DNA from: Coleofasciculus sp. B1-GNL1-01
GTDB lineage: Bacteria > Cyanobacteriota > Cyanobacteriia > Cyanobacteriales > Coleofasciculaceae
Length of the DNA stretch: 64,000 nucleotides
Reading direction: 5' to 3' (one strand)
Assembly (NCBI GenBank): GCA_040220235.1
Contig: JAVJTO010000055.1
The notes under the pieces are model-generated. The model was given only the letters and a program-made list of their open reading frames with translations. It was not told the origin of the DNA and ran no database searches. How positions within the stretch are numbered: the stretch's first letter is position 1; each line of letters begins with the position of its first letter. Below are positions 22,173 through 33,463 of this stretch, in pieces. The translations under genes were made by a program, and so were the position numbers.

Positions 22173-23417
22173 TTACTGTTGCATTTGAGTTGGCAAAGCA
22201 CCGGGTTGTACTGTCACCTCAATATCTTTGCGATCGCGGCGTAATTCTAGGTTTAAATCGCTACCTATTGGCGTCATTTCTACCGCATTTTGGACATCTT
22301 CCGCCTCTTTGATCGACTCACCATTAATTTTATGAATCACATCCCCAGCTCGCAATCCGGCTTTATCAGCAGGAGAATTTCGCATCACTCTGGCAATTAG
22401 CACCCCTTTGCTTTCCTCAATAGTCAGACCCGAATTGGAATTTTTGTTGATGTTTTCTTTCAACTCTGGGGTTAATGTGACCATCTGAATTCCTAAGAAT
22501 GGATGTTCGACTTTCCCGTTGGCGATTAATTGTTGGGCAATTCGTTGCGCTGTATTAATCGGAATAGAAAATCCTAACCCTTGAGCGCCTTGAATAATTG
22601 CTGTATTCATCCCAATCACTTCCCCAGACGCATTTAGCAGCGGTCCACCTGAGTTACCCGGGTTAATCGCAGCATCAGTTTGGATAAATTGGACGCGCTT
22701 ATCGGGAACGCCTACTTCAGAACTGGAACGTCCTGTCGCACTGATAATACCTGTGGTGACAGTATTATCTAATCCTAGGGGATTACCGATCGCGATCGCC
22801 CATTCCCCCGGTTTGAGTTGTTCTGAATCCCCTAAGGTGACAATGGGGAGATTATCGGCTTCTACTTTGATTACCGCCACATCGGTTACGGGGTCAGTTC
22901 CTAACACTTCTCCCGCAAATGTGCGACCATCTTTGAGAACCACATCGACTTGATCTGCACCATCAACAACGTGAGCATTGGTGAGAATCATCCCATCCGT
23001 GTTAATAATAAACCCCGAACCCGTTCCTCGTTCTACGCGCTGCTGTGGTTGTTCCGGAAATTGAGATCCAAAGAACTCGCGGAAAAACGGGTTGTTAAAT
23101 GCATCGGGAACTTGAGACGTTACGGTTTTGGAAGCGTTAATCCGCACGACTGCGGGTCCCACAGTATCCACAACGTTAGTAATAAAGTTGCTGTTTTGGG
23201 GAGAGGACAGGTTCGCTGGAGGAATGATTCCTCCCAACCCCTGAGAGGATTGAGGAACGATGGAGTTGGTTGAAATTTGGGGATTCCCGGAGATGAACGA
23301 GTTGGCGCCAAAGGAAACACCAGCGCCTAGCAACATCAGGGATAGATAGGTGACAGCTTTTTTTACCGGGGAAGCGTCACTGTCATGAGATTTGGATGTT
23401 TTCGTGTTGAATACCAT
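22173..23417 (-). CDS. HtrA/HhoA-HhoB family serine protease with PDZ
   Basis: [38 protein letters not shown]. Confidence 0.97.
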   Translation of the reverse strand: MVFNTKTSKSHDSDASPVKKAVTYLSLMLLGAGVSFGANSFISGNPQISTNSIVPQSSQGLGGIIPPANLSSPQNSNFITNVVDTVGPAVVRINASKTVTSQVPDAFNNPFFREFFGSQFPEQPQQRVERGTGSGFIINTDGMILTNAHVVDGADQVDVVLKDGRTFAGEVLGTDPVTDVAVIKVEADNLPIVTLGDSEQLKPGEWAIAIGNPLGLDNTVTTGIISATGRSSSEVGVPDKRVQFIQTDAAINPGNSGGPLLNASGEVIGMNTAIIQGAQGLGFSIPINTAQRIAQQLIANGKVEHPFLGIQMVTLTPELKENINKNSNSGLTIEESKGVLIARVMRNSPADKAGLRAGDVIHKINGESIKEAEDVQNAVEMTPIGSDLNLELRRDRKDIEVTVQPGALPTQMQQ

Positions 23418-23864
23418 AATGATTCTGCTGTTGAAATAGGATTGATTTGGATGATGTCAGTTACAGTTGGTCGGAGTTTGGTTAATTCATTTCCAGGTCG
23501 AGAAAACCCGAATAAGGATCAACTTTCTCCTACCCATGGCTAACACCCCCATTGACGCTGTGATAATTATTTGCTGATAAGGTATTAACCAGGTCTGGCG
23601 TCGGTCGGTGAATCCGTTGCTTGGGAAGGAATCACAATGACCTATCGCTGACATTTATCAATGTAGATACTCGTTGTGACGTGGTTATGACAGTGTAGTT
23701 TCGCTGATGTGAAGATTTCTGGATTGGTGCTGTAGACTTCCCAGTGTTTTGGAGGAAATCCTCCCATTGAGGTTGTGCTGACCGTAATTTTAGAATACTC
23801 CCTTTTGCATAAGGGAGATGTAATCAGAAATAGATGACAACAACGTCCCTGGCTATGGCGAGGA

Positions 23865-23996
23865 TAAGCGGTTTGGTATTTAAACCTTAATATAATGCCT
23901 CCCATCCTCGTAGTGCGTTTAGCGAAGCCATGCCGCAGGCTTTGCATCTTGCTCGCTTAATACCCTAAATACCCTATTTCAATTCATCACCGCTTA
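23865..23996. mobile_element. MITE (TAAGC..GCTTA family) with nested small palindrome
   Basis: TAAGCGGT...ACCGCTTA ends; internal TTTAAACCTTAATAT and GCATCTTGCTCGCT shared with 35892-35994. Confidence 0.7.
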
Positions 23997-24019
23997 CTGT
24001 ACTGCTACAGCAACTCGAT

Positions 24020-25129
24020 ATGAAACGCTTCTGGTTCTCTCAACCCACATCCCGACAAATTGACATCAAGAATATCGCCTTTGGCTTAGGACTCACGGGA
24101 CTCATTCCTTGTCTTCTCTTATCCTTAGCTGCTTATTTGGGCGGAGTTCACCGATATTTTGAATTAAGCTCCCACTTTAAAGTGCAATATTGCGTCATTA
24201 GTTGTATTATTTTTCTCTTATTTTTATTAGCACGACGAAAAACTTGGTGGTTGGTAAGTTTATTTTGTTTAACCCTTAATGCTGTAGACGTTATTCCCTG
24301 GTATATTCCCCAATTTTCGCCAATTAATACGTCTTCCGGACAACCGTTGCGAGTATTACTGGCAAATGTCCATAGTGATAACCAGCGTTATGCTGAGTTT
24401 ATCTCCTTGGTCAAAGAAGAAAAGCCTAAACTGCTCGTTGTCCAAGAAGTTAATCCAATGTGGTCACAGCAACTAGAAGCGCTTAAGCCTCTCCTTCCTT
24501 ACCAGATTGTGTATCCGAGATTTGATAACTTTGGCATTGCTGTCTACAGTGCGATTCCTCTGCGAAATACGGATATTAAATCGTTCACCGAGTATGATAT
24601 TCCCTCTATTTTTGCTGAGGTACAGTGGCAAGATAAAACAGTTTCTATTATTGCCACTCATCCATTACCACCGATTAATGCGGAATATTTTAAGTCACGC
24701 AATCAGCAACTTTTAGAACTGGGAAACGGGATAAAGTCAATCAACAATATTCATGCTGTCATCGGTGATTTGAATACAACCATGTGGTCTCCCTATTACC
24801 GCCAATTTATCCATCAGACTGGATTGAAAAATGCGCGATCGGGTTTTGGGATTTTACCCACTTGGCCCCAAGGTGCGCCAATGTTACAGATTCCTCTGGA
24901 TCATTGTCTGATTAGTCCAGAAATCAATGTCTTAGCTATTCGCACTGGCGGAGATATTGGTTCCGATCATCGTCCCTTAATTATCGATTTGGTGATACCT
25001 ACGTTACCAGCCAGATCCCCGACTTCTTCAAGAAGTCGGGGATCTTTATACCTAACTTACTTTCCCAATCTTCACCTGCTTTCAGACGCGCTACTTCCTG
25101 TTCCCTATTTCCCATTAAACCAACTTTAA
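24020..25129 (+). CDS. Membrane-anchored endonuclease/exonuclease/phosphatase (EEP) family protein
   Basis: Three TM segments; LANV, VQEV, GDLNTT, LDHCL, GSDHRPL. Confidence 0.9.
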   Translation: MKRFWFSQPTSRQIDIKNIAFGLGLTGLIPCLLLSLAAYLGGVHRYFELSSHFKVQYCVISCIIFLLFLLARRKTWWLVSLFCLTLNAVDVIPWYIPQFSPINTSSGQPLRVLLANVHSDNQRYAEFISLVKEEKPKLLVVQEVNPMWSQQLEALKPLLPYQIVYPRFDNFGIAVYSAIPLRNTDIKSFTEYDIPSIFAEVQWQDKTVSIIATHPLPPINAEYFKSRNQQLLELGNGIKSINNIHAVIGDLNTTMWSPYYRQFIHQTGLKNARSGFGILPTWPQGAPMLQIPLDHCLISPEINVLAIRTGGDIGSDHRPLIIDLVIPTLPARSPTSSRSRGSLYLTYFPNLHLLSDALLPVPYFPLNQL

Positions 25130-25160
25130 AATCCCGTAGGTTGGGTTTACGACAGGAAAC

Positions 25161-26327
25161 CTAACCGAATATAGGGCTAAAGCCCTTACTACAAGCCGAC
25201 TTCAAAATCCCTCCCTCTAACTGATAAATTGCTGCCATAATGCCATTGTCGGGATTATCCAATAGGGACGCTTTAACTTCTTGTAAATAATCCCGAATCG
25301 CTTCCCGCAAAACAGGGCGTTCAACATTTACAGTATGCTGATAATCCCAAACATCCCAGATAATAATTCCTACGCCAACAATCGGATCAAGAAACTGAGC
25401 GCCAAATTTACCAGCTACAGCGCCACCTGTTTTTGCTGCCATTTTAGCGGAGGCTTTTCCGGCAAAGGATACAGCCACTTTACTGCCAATCTTAGTGACA
25501 ACGGGAATCATGGCTTTGGCAAATAAGTACGTACTTCCGCCAACTAACACCTTTAACGATAAGTTAGAAAGATTGCCTTCCGTATCTCGAATCGTTACCG
25601 CAATATCATCCAAATATCGCTCCCATTGTCCTTGAGGAATCTGGTACTGAGTTTGGATGTTGGAAATGTTGTTTTCTAAGTCAGCAATATACAAATTTAC
25701 CGTATCTCTAGTGATATGTTCCAGTTGGAGTTGGGCAATTTTAGGGCGGAGGACTCGTTTGGTGAATTCCGTTTGGAATTCCTCCGTAATTTTTTCAGCG
25801 ACGGCTTGATTGGGAGTCGGTTTCGTGGTATCCATCCAGTGAGAGACGGCTGAAGATACCCAAACAAAAGGAGCGCTAAATTCCAGTTTCTTTTGATTAA
25901 AATAATCAAAATACCAATCCAAAAAATTGTCATCCACGCGACTCATGAGTTGATCAATCCACTCATCGAGTTGGTCTGAGGCGAACTGTTCGGCGGTATG
26001 ATGAGCATGAGTGATAGCCGTTGCGATCGCGCGATCAATCTTCTCCTGATCCGGTACAGTCCGATCAATGGTGACAATCTCATGGTTCGGCTTCTCTAGA
26101 CTCGCCGCATCGGTTGATAATGAACTGGCAATAAAACCACTCCCGATCAGCGGGATAATCACAATTAGGATCACCGCCACCCAAATATAAGGTGTCACTG
26201 ACTTAATCAACTGACTCCAGGCTTGTAGGCGAGTCGTTTTTTCTGTATAGGTGGGTTTTTCAGATGGATTGGTTAGGGACAAGGTTGGGTTATGAGTATC
26301 GTTAGAGGGCGTAAAGGCATAAAACAA
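25161..26327 (-). CDS. Hypothetical membrane-anchored helical protein
   Basis: 388-aa ORF with one N-terminal TM and a Gly/Ala/Lys-rich C-terminal segment; start uncertain because it abuts an IS remnant. Confidence 0.65.
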   Translation of the reverse strand: MFYAFTPSNDTHNPTLSLTNPSEKPTYTEKTTRLQAWSQLIKSVTPYIWVAVILIVIIPLIGSGFIASSLSTDAASLEKPNHEIVTIDRTVPDQEKIDRAIATAITHAHHTAEQFASDQLDEWIDQLMSRVDDNFLDWYFDYFNQKKLEFSAPFVWVSSAVSHWMDTTKPTPNQAVAEKITEEFQTEFTKRVLRPKIAQLQLEHITRDTVNLYIADLENNISNIQTQYQIPQGQWERYLDDIAVTIRDTEGNLSNLSLKVLVGGSTYLFAKAMIPVVTKIGSKVAVSFAGKASAKMAAKTGGAVAGKFGAQFLDPIVGVGIIIWDVWDYQHTVNVERPVLREAIRDYLQEVKASLLDNPDNGIMAAIYQLEGGILKSACSKGFSPIFG

Positions 26328-26583
26328 CTATATTAGAACAAGTCGGGGTAGGGCATATCCAGGACTCTAAACGGACGGGGAGCGAGTGTAAGACCTCATC
26401 TGGGGCTGTTTGTGATGAGCCGTCAATCGTTCGGCTGAGACGTTCGGCGAGCGCTCAGACTTCGGCGAGCGCTCAGTCGAGCCGTCGAGTCGCGCTCACG
26501 CCGAAGCCTACCGAGAGTACGAGTAATTAAAATTGTTCGACTGGTAGGAATCCCCGTGCGTTTCACGCCAGGGAGAATGTCAA
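26325..26583 (+). mobile_element. IS200/IS605 remnant: tnpB 3' tail/omegaRNA and right end
   Basis: Reads TILEQVGVGHIQDSKRTGSECKT like a TnpB C-terminal tail; ends GAATCCCCGTGCGTTTCACGCCAGGGAGAATGTCAA; nested CGGCGAGCGCTCAG repeats. Confidence 0.7.
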
Positions 26584-26646
26584 AATACCGAGATTCCCAG
26601 TGCTTGAACAGCTTCTTGCCAAAATGAGAATTGCTGGGGTTTTGAG

Positions 26647-27039
<393 letters not shown>

Positions 27040-27371
27040 TTAAGATTATGCCAAAGATCGGCGAATCCACTACCCTCTGTTAGGAAAGATTGACTCAGAT
27101 TAGCGGAAGCATTTTATAAAAAACACTTATCCTTATTGGCTTGGCGCTATGACCACCATTCAACATCAGATTGCAGGGGGTACGAGGGACGAGGGCTCTG
27201 CCGTTTGCAGTACCGTCCCCTGGTAGAGTAATCAAACTTCGATTCACCATTCAACAGCGGAGCAGCTCTTGAATATCATCACCCTCACCGCAGATGTTTT
27301 AGTTTGGGAACTGGGTTTGGAAACCAAACCCAGTTCTGCTGACCCATGCTAAAATGTAAAGCAATGTAAAT

Positions 27372-27385
27372 GTATTGTCTTTTAC
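27372..27385. promoter_or_regulatory. Putative NtcA box
   Basis: GTA-TTGTCTTT-TAC (GTA-N8-TAC) 75 bp upstream of the SSADH start. Confidence 0.35.
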
Positions 27386-27459
27386 CAGACACCATCGCAG
27401 TAGACTTGAGAATGAAACTGCTAACTCCATCTTAAGTAATGGAGTCGAAGAGGAAGGCT

Positions 27460-28824
27460 ATGGGGATCGCCACAATTAACCCAGCAACGGGAGAAACGCT
27501 CAAAACCTTTGAGCCACTAGATCATGAGTCGATAGAAGCCAAACTCACCCTGGGGCAACAGGTGTTTGAGTCGTACCAAAAAACGCCAATGGCGCAACGG
27601 GCGAACTGGCTAAACGCGGCGGCGGATATTCTGGAACGGGATCAGGTCAAGTTTGGTCAGCTGATGACCTTGGAAATGGGCAAACCGATCAAAAGTGCGA
27701 TCGCGGAGGTGCAGAAATGTGCCTGGGTTTGCCGTTTCTACGCTGAAAACGCAGCGACGTTTTTAGCCGATCATCCTATTGCCACCGATGCCAGCCAGAG
27801 TTTTGTCCGCTATCAGCCCTTAGGTATTATCTTAGCGGTAATGCCGTGGAATTTTCCGTTCTGGCAAGTTTTTCGGTTTGCTGCACCCGCGTTAATGGCG
27901 GGGAATGTCGGTATATTGAAACACGCCTCGAATGTGCCGCAATGTGCTTTGGCGATTGAGGACATTATAAAGGAAGCAGGATTTCTGGAAGGGGCATTCC
28001 AAAGCTTATTAATTGGGGCTTCTCAAGTCGAAGCCATTGTCAGTGACTCCCGGATTAAAGCCGCTACCTTAACCGGAAGTGAACCCGCAGGTGCATCATT
28101 AGCCGCTACTGCGGGGAAACACTTGAAGAAAACTGTGCTGGAACTCGGTGGAAGTGATCCATTTATTGTCCTGGAAAGCGCCGACTTAGACGCCGCCGTT
28201 ACCACCGCCGTTACCGCCCGGATGCTGAATAATGGTCAATCCTGCATCGCCGCTAAACGCTTCATTTTAGCCGATGCGATCGCCGATGAGTTTGAAAAAC
28301 GTTTGGTTGAAAAATTTCAAGCCCTGAATGTGGGTGATCCAATGGAGGAAACCACCAATAGTGGTCCATTGGCAACACCAAGCATCCTGCAAGAATTAGA
28401 TCAACTGGTACAAGCTTGTATAGCCAAAGGTGCTAAGGTTCTGATTGGGGGCAAACCCTTAGATCGTCCGGGTAATTTTTATCCCCCGACTATCTTGGCG
28501 GACTTTCCTCCAGGAACCCCCGCCGACAACGAAGAATTTTTCGGACCAGTGGCGTTATTGTTTAGAATTCCTGACATTAACGCGGCAATTGCTAAAGCCA
28601 ATGCGATTCCGTTTGGTTTAGGGGCAAGTGCGTGGACAACGGACGAAACCCAAGCCCAGCGGCTCATTGATGAGATTGAAGCGGGAGCTGTCTTTATCAA
28701 TGGATTAGTTAAATCCGATCCCCGTCTACCTTTTGGCGGGATTAAGCGCTCCGGCTATGGACGAGAATTAGGAGTACAAGGAATTCACGAATTTGTCAAC
28801 ATTAAAACCGTTTGGGTGAAATAG
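27460..28824 (+). CDS. gabD: NAD(P)-dependent succinate-semialdehyde dehydrogenase
   Basis: [37 protein letters not shown]. Confidence 0.92.
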   Translation: MGIATINPATGETLKTFEPLDHESIEAKLTLGQQVFESYQKTPMAQRANWLNAAADILERDQVKFGQLMTLEMGKPIKSAIAEVQKCAWVCRFYAENAATFLADHPIATDASQSFVRYQPLGIILAVMPWNFPFWQVFRFAAPALMAGNVGILKHASNVPQCALAIEDIIKEAGFLEGAFQSLLIGASQVEAIVSDSRIKAATLTGSEPAGASLAATAGKHLKKTVLELGGSDPFIVLESADLDAAVTTAVTARMLNNGQSCIAAKRFILADAIADEFEKRLVEKFQALNVGDPMEETTNSGPLATPSILQELDQLVQACIAKGAKVLIGGKPLDRPGNFYPPTILADFPPGTPADNEEFFGPVALLFRIPDINAAIAKANAIPFGLGASAWTTDETQAQRLIDEIEAGAVFINGLVKSDPRLPFGGIKRSGYGRELGVQGIHEFVNIKTVWVK

Positions 28825-28857
28825 TTAAGAACTATGGACGGAAGAGTACAGTAGAGG

Positions 28858-28889
28858 CTATTGTTAAAAAAACCGAATTTTAACAATAG
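28858..28889. terminator. AT-rich intercistronic hairpin
   Basis: CTATTGTTAAAA/TTTTAACAATAG 12-bp stem. Confidence 0.45.
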
Positions 28890-29060
28890 GATTTTGATCC
28901 TTAGCTTTGAATTTTTACCGGGGATAGCTAACAGCCAGTCCTAGCTGTAGCCCCCCTCTAACTTGTCCTGCTGAAATTTCAGCAGGCACGAATTGCAACG
29001 AAATAGGACATCGCGCCAACCATCAAACGATAACCAAAGAAAATTAAGGGGAAAATTGAG

Positions 29061-30707
29061 ATGGGCGAAATGAATACAGCCGACATGCTAGTCAGATGCC
29101 TAGAAAATGAAGGCGTCGAATATGTGTTTGGATTGCCGGGAGAAGAGAACTTGCATGTGTTAGAAGCACTCAAGCACTCCTCCATTCAATTCATCACCAC
29201 CCGCCATGAACAAGGGGCAGCCTTTATGGCGGATTTGTATGGGCGTTTAACTGGAAAGGCGGGCGTCTGCCTTTCGACATTAGGACCAGGGGCAACCAAC
29301 TTAATGACGGGGGTAGCTGATGCTAACCTCGATGGTGCCCCGGTGGTAGCGATTACGGGACAAGTGGGAACCGATCGCATGCATATCGAATCCCACCAAT
29401 ACTTGGACTTGGTGGCAATGTTTGCCCCGGTTACCAAGTGGAACACGCAAATTGTCCGTCCCAGCAATACCTCGGAAATTGTCCGTAAAGCCTTTAAGCT
29501 GGCGCAAAGTGAGAAACCGGGCGCAGTTCACATTGATCTGCCGGAAAATATTGCCGCCATGCCCGTTTCGGGGGAACCCCTGAATAAAGATGAACGGGAG
29601 AAAACCTATGCCTCATTCCGGAGTATTGGCAAAGCCGCCGTTGCCATCTCCAAGGCAAAAAATCCTTTAATCTTAGTCGGGAATGGGGCAATCCGCGCCC
29701 ATGCAGCCGAAGCCCTGACAGAGTTTGCCACCCGGATGAATATCCCGGTGATCAACAGTTTTATGGGCAAAGGCGTGATTCCCTATACCCATCCCCTTGC
29801 CCTATGGACTATGGGATTACAACAGCGTGATCACGTTAGCTGTGCCTTTGATCAAACGGACTTAGTGATTGCGGTGGGTTACGATTTAATCGAATATTCG
29901 CCGAAGAAATGGAATCCAGAGGGCAAGATTCCGATTATTCACATTGGCGCTGCCCATGCGGAAATTGACAGTAGCTTTATTCCGTTGGTGGAAGTGGTTG
30001 GCGATATTTCCGATTCGCTGAATGAAATTATGAAACAAGCGGATCGGGAAGGCAAGGCGACACCCCATGCGGTGGAATTACGGTCTGATATTCGGGCAGA
30101 TTATGAACAATATGCCAATGATGAGGCGTTTCCAGTTAAGCCGCAAAAACTCATCTATGACTTACGTCAGGTGATGGGACCTGAAGATATTGTTATCTCC
30201 GATGTCGGTGCCCATAAAATGTGGATGGCACGCCATTACCACTGCGATCGCCCTAACACTTGTATTATCTCCAATGGTTTTGCCGCCATGGGGATTGCCA
30301 TGCCGGGCGCGATCGCGGCAAAATTAGTTCATCCGGATCGGAATGTCGTCGCGGTGACGGGTGATGGCGGTTTTATGATGAATTGCCAGGAACTAGAAAC
30401 CGCCCTGCGAGTTGGTACCAATTTTGTCACCTTGATTTTCAATGATGGTGGCTATGGCTTGATTGAGTGGAAACAACACAATCAATTTGGTGACTCAGCA
30501 TTTATTAAATTTGGCAATCCTGATTTTGTCAAGTTTGCCGAAAGTATGGGGTTAAAAGGCTATCGGGTGAATTCAGTGGCGGAGTTTATTCCCACGCTGC
30601 AAGAAGCCTTAAAGCAAGATGTACCGACGGTCATTGATTGCCCTGTAGACTATGGCGAAAATCTCCGCTTTAGTCAAAAAGCTGGGGATTTGAGTTGTAA
30701 GATGTAG
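29061..30707 (+). CDS. TPP-dependent acetolactate-synthase-like enzyme, probably 2-oxoglutarate decarboxylase
   Basis: FGLPGEEN, RHEQGAAFMAD, GDGGFMM..N; adjacent to SSADH as in the cyanobacterial TCA shunt. Confidence 0.88.
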   Translation: MGEMNTADMLVRCLENEGVEYVFGLPGEENLHVLEALKHSSIQFITTRHEQGAAFMADLYGRLTGKAGVCLSTLGPGATNLMTGVADANLDGAPVVAITGQVGTDRMHIESHQYLDLVAMFAPVTKWNTQIVRPSNTSEIVRKAFKLAQSEKPGAVHIDLPENIAAMPVSGEPLNKDEREKTYASFRSIGKAAVAISKAKNPLILVGNGAIRAHAAEALTEFATRMNIPVINSFMGKGVIPYTHPLALWTMGLQQRDHVSCAFDQTDLVIAVGYDLIEYSPKKWNPEGKIPIIHIGAAHAEIDSSFIPLVEVVGDISDSLNEIMKQADREGKATPHAVELRSDIRADYEQYANDEAFPVKPQKLIYDLRQVMGPEDIVISDVGAHKMWMARHYHCDRPNTCIISNGFAAMGIAMPGAIAAKLVHPDRNVVAVTGDGGFMMNCQELETALRVGTNFVTLIFNDGGYGLIEWKQHNQFGDSAFIKFGNPDFVKFAESMGLKGYRVNSVAEFIPTLQEALKQDVPTVIDCPVDYGENLRFSQKAGDLSCKM

Positions 30708-30856
30708 GTCTTAGAACTGGCGTTTTCTGAGTGGAGTAGGGGCGATTCATGTATTGCCCCTACCCGATGGGTTTCAGTCAGACCTGAAACCTCTAAGCTG
30801 AAGTTCCCCCAAGCAAAAAATCAAAACTGCCTCACCTGGAAGGGGGGAAATCCAGT

Positions 30857-31156
30857 TTAAGTGTTGACAATCAAGGCTTTAATCTGCTCTTTATGGTAGG
30901 AATTCATTAAAAGCTGAGTTACAAGTTCAGGAATAAAAGCTGTATTGTGTAATTTGCAAAGTTGAACAAGTCGATTTATCAATACTGCATCTATCTTTTT
31001 TGACATTACACGCTCGGATTCAGGGAAATTGGCTATGAAAATATATTCGTCATTCTGCTTCTGCGATTGTTGTATTACATAACCAGCTTTGTAAAGCAGG
31101 TAGATCGCCGAACGTAGTTCCCCACGAGTCCGATTGTGTCCGAATACTTCAATCAA
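30857..31156 (-). CDS. Hypothetical protein, possibly the split C-terminus of the NYN gene
   Basis: TTG start overlaps the NYN stop (TTGATTGA); AT-rich. Confidence 0.4.
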   Translation of the reverse strand: MIEVFGHNRTRGELRSAIYLLYKAGYVIQQSQKQNDEYIFIANFPESERVMSKKIDAVLINRLVQLCKLHNTAFIPELVTQLLMNSYHKEQIKALIVNT

Positions 31157-31835
31157 ATGTTTGTTTAACTTGATATAGTTTGACTATCTCAGGTGCGCTT
31201 TGGAGGAATTTCATGAATCCTCCAAACCCCAAGTTATGCTCATCAAATGCCGAGTCAATCTCAAGCATTTCGTTTTTCAGTGTAGAGAGGCTTACGCCGT
31301 CTGGAAATTTACCAAGTACACGTTCCAGCAAATCTAGTGCGTCTTCACGCAGTTGAGTTGTTTTCAGCGAGGCAGATACACCATTAGTAGTTGATTCTTC
31401 ATCAATGTAAATAAATCGATTACAAGATTTCTTGACAGCCTCGCTAAGAGCAGAACGCGGTCCAACACCGACTACAGATTTACCCAACTCTCTTAAACGC
31501 CTAAACAAAGGTGAAAAATCTGAATCTCCAGTGGCAAGCACAATCCATTCCAAATCAGGAATACGAGCCAAGTACTCCATCACATCGACAACAATTTGAA
31601 TGTCAGCGGAGTTTTTACCTTTTACTGGATGATAAACGTGGACAAACTCAAAACCGAGCAAATTCAGCTCTGGCTGACGTACACTGACTGATGCAATACT
31701 GAAATCCCCATACGCTCGACGAACCACTACACGCCCTAACTCATTAGCGCGTTCTAATAACGCTTCTCCTCCATCAGCTTTCAACCAGCCTGATAGGTTT
31801 TCGACATCCAAAAAGATTGCGACTTTTTCTGCCAT
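31149..31835 (-). CDS. NYN-domain ribonuclease with OST-HTH/LOTUS domain
   Basis: AIFLDVENL, KNSADIQIVVD, LATGDSDFSPL; OST-HTH FDEHNLGFGGFMKFLQS. Confidence 0.88.
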   Translation of the reverse strand: MAEKVAIFLDVENLSGWLKADGGEALLERANELGRVVVRRAYGDFSIASVSVRQPELNLLGFEFVHVYHPVKGKNSADIQIVVDVMEYLARIPDLEWIVLATGDSDFSPLFRRLRELGKSVVGVGPRSALSEAVKKSCNRFIYIDEESTTNGVSASLKTTQLREDALDLLERVLGKFPDGVSLSTLKNEMLEIDSAFDEHNLGFGGFMKFLQSAPEIVKLYQVKQTFD

Positions 31836-32084
31836 TTAGGATTCTGCTGAATTATTGCTGAGTTAATTTTTCTCACAGGACACCCTAATTCGCTTATTAT
31901 CCGATACCCAGCGTCAGTCTATCAACAACTTCCTGAAACGGGCAATGCCACGGTTGCTATATTAAGGTTGTTAATCTTCAAGGAAATGTGAGACTATCCG
32001 TCAAGACCATGGCTATAGAATCGGGAAAAATGTACCAGTGCTTGCCTTGCTTCCCCTGCTCTCTAACCCCACCCCAACACTGAT

Positions 32085-33239
32085 TCAGCAGCCCCTATCT
32101 ACAACCCAATCTACCTGATGGGCTTCAGTTAGATCTGGAACCTCTACGCGATCGCGCATCCGTTGCATCACTGTTTCCGGCACTTTGGCAGCGCGAGAAC
32201 GATTGCGCCGCAGCAATTCTTCCCAAGCGGCTTCCAGGTAAACAATGCGAATTCGTGCATGGTAGGCAGAAAATAGATTAATTAAGGACGAACGCAGTTG
32301 GCGAGAGAGATTGGTCGCATTCCAAACAAAGGATTTTTCGGCTCTCATGTAGTCTTTCGCGATCGCTCTTGCTCGCTCCGCTACAGCAGTTTGGTCATCT
32401 TTGGGAGAAATCTTCATCGCTTGTCGCAGTTCATCCAGGGAGATTACTGTCCAATCGGGAAGGTTCTCCTGAATCCAAGAGTCTTTGCCAGCACCCGGTA
32501 ATCCTGACATCAGGACAACCTCGAAGCGAGTGTCATCAAAAGCAGCATAGTTGGGATCGCGATCGTCTTTTTGGAAATAGACAAATCGACTATGATCTGA
32601 GGGGAATGGTTTTGGATAAAATAAGCAATTATTCTCTTGACAATATTCTCGAAAGAACTGAACACGCTCCAGCAGTTCTAGCGGATCGTCACACACGCGA
32701 CCCCGAATATCCGCTTCTGCCAAAAGTGCCAGCAGGTCGCAGCGAATCACTTGACTGGCTTTAATTACGGCACGTTGCGGGTTGGGTTTGTCCCAAAACC
32801 AGAGAGGAAGACTACCATGCTGCACCAGGGAGACAATCGCCTCCCGTTGATGAAAGGGTACGTTGAGTGACCAGAGGATTTGCCGCGCCATTTTTGCCCC
32901 TTGGCGGACATGACCCTTGGAGGTGATCCTGCCATCGGCTTCAATTTCAGTAGCCGCAGGTTTTGCCACATCATGGAGTAAGGCAGCCGCAAATAGAAGC
33001 GATCGCTCAATAGGTGGTAACTCCTGCCAAGCGGGTAATGCAATTAATGCCTCACAAACCAAGCGGGTATGGGTGAGAACATCCCCTTCTGCATGGTAAC
33101 GGGGGTCTTGGGGACAATCCTGAAGGGATTGAAGCCAGTCAAACTCAGCCTGAAGCGATGCCCAATCTAGCGTCCAGTCTGGAGGCGTGGGACACCAGGG
33201 AAATGACCAGCATAAGGATTGAGAAATAGAAGAAGTCAT
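32085..33239 (-). CDS. HD-Pnk: HD phosphoesterase fused to P-loop polynucleotide kinase
   Basis: YHAEGDVLTHT, LLHDVAKP, EADIRGR; C-terminal GLPGAGKDSW, ISLDELR, WNATNL. Confidence 0.88.
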   Translation of the reverse strand: MTSSISQSLCWSFPWCPTPPDWTLDWASLQAEFDWLQSLQDCPQDPRYHAEGDVLTHTRLVCEALIALPAWQELPPIERSLLFAAALLHDVAKPAATEIEADGRITSKGHVRQGAKMARQILWSLNVPFHQREAIVSLVQHGSLPLWFWDKPNPQRAVIKASQVIRCDLLALLAEADIRGRVCDDPLELLERVQFFREYCQENNCLFYPKPFPSDHSRFVYFQKDDRDPNYAAFDDTRFEVVLMSGLPGAGKDSWIQENLPDWTVISLDELRQAMKISPKDDQTAVAERARAIAKDYMRAEKSFVWNATNLSRQLRSSLINLFSAYHARIRIVYLEAAWEELLRRNRSRAAKVPETVMQRMRDRVEVPDLTEAHQVDWVVDRGC

Positions 33240-33273
33240 ATAACACTACATCGTAAGGTGAATGTCGCTGACT

Positions 33274-33377
33274 TAAGCTGGGTTTGTAGTAGGCACTTTA
33301 GTGCCAGAAGCGCTCGCATCGCTTACTACAAACTTTAAATCAGTGGCATCTTTAGCTGGAAACCCAATCACAGCTTA
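33274..33377. mobile_element. MITE-like element (TAAGCTG..CAGCTTA)
   Basis: TA-flanked short TIRs, internal GTAG..CTAC palindrome; lies between the ligase and HD-Pnk genes. Confidence 0.55.
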
Positions 33378-33463
33378 CTGTTTAAGTAGAGGGCAACCTC
33401 TTTCATGGCAGTGATTAGCTCAAGAATCTCCCGTCATAGTCGTAGACTTGACGGCGAGAGTTG

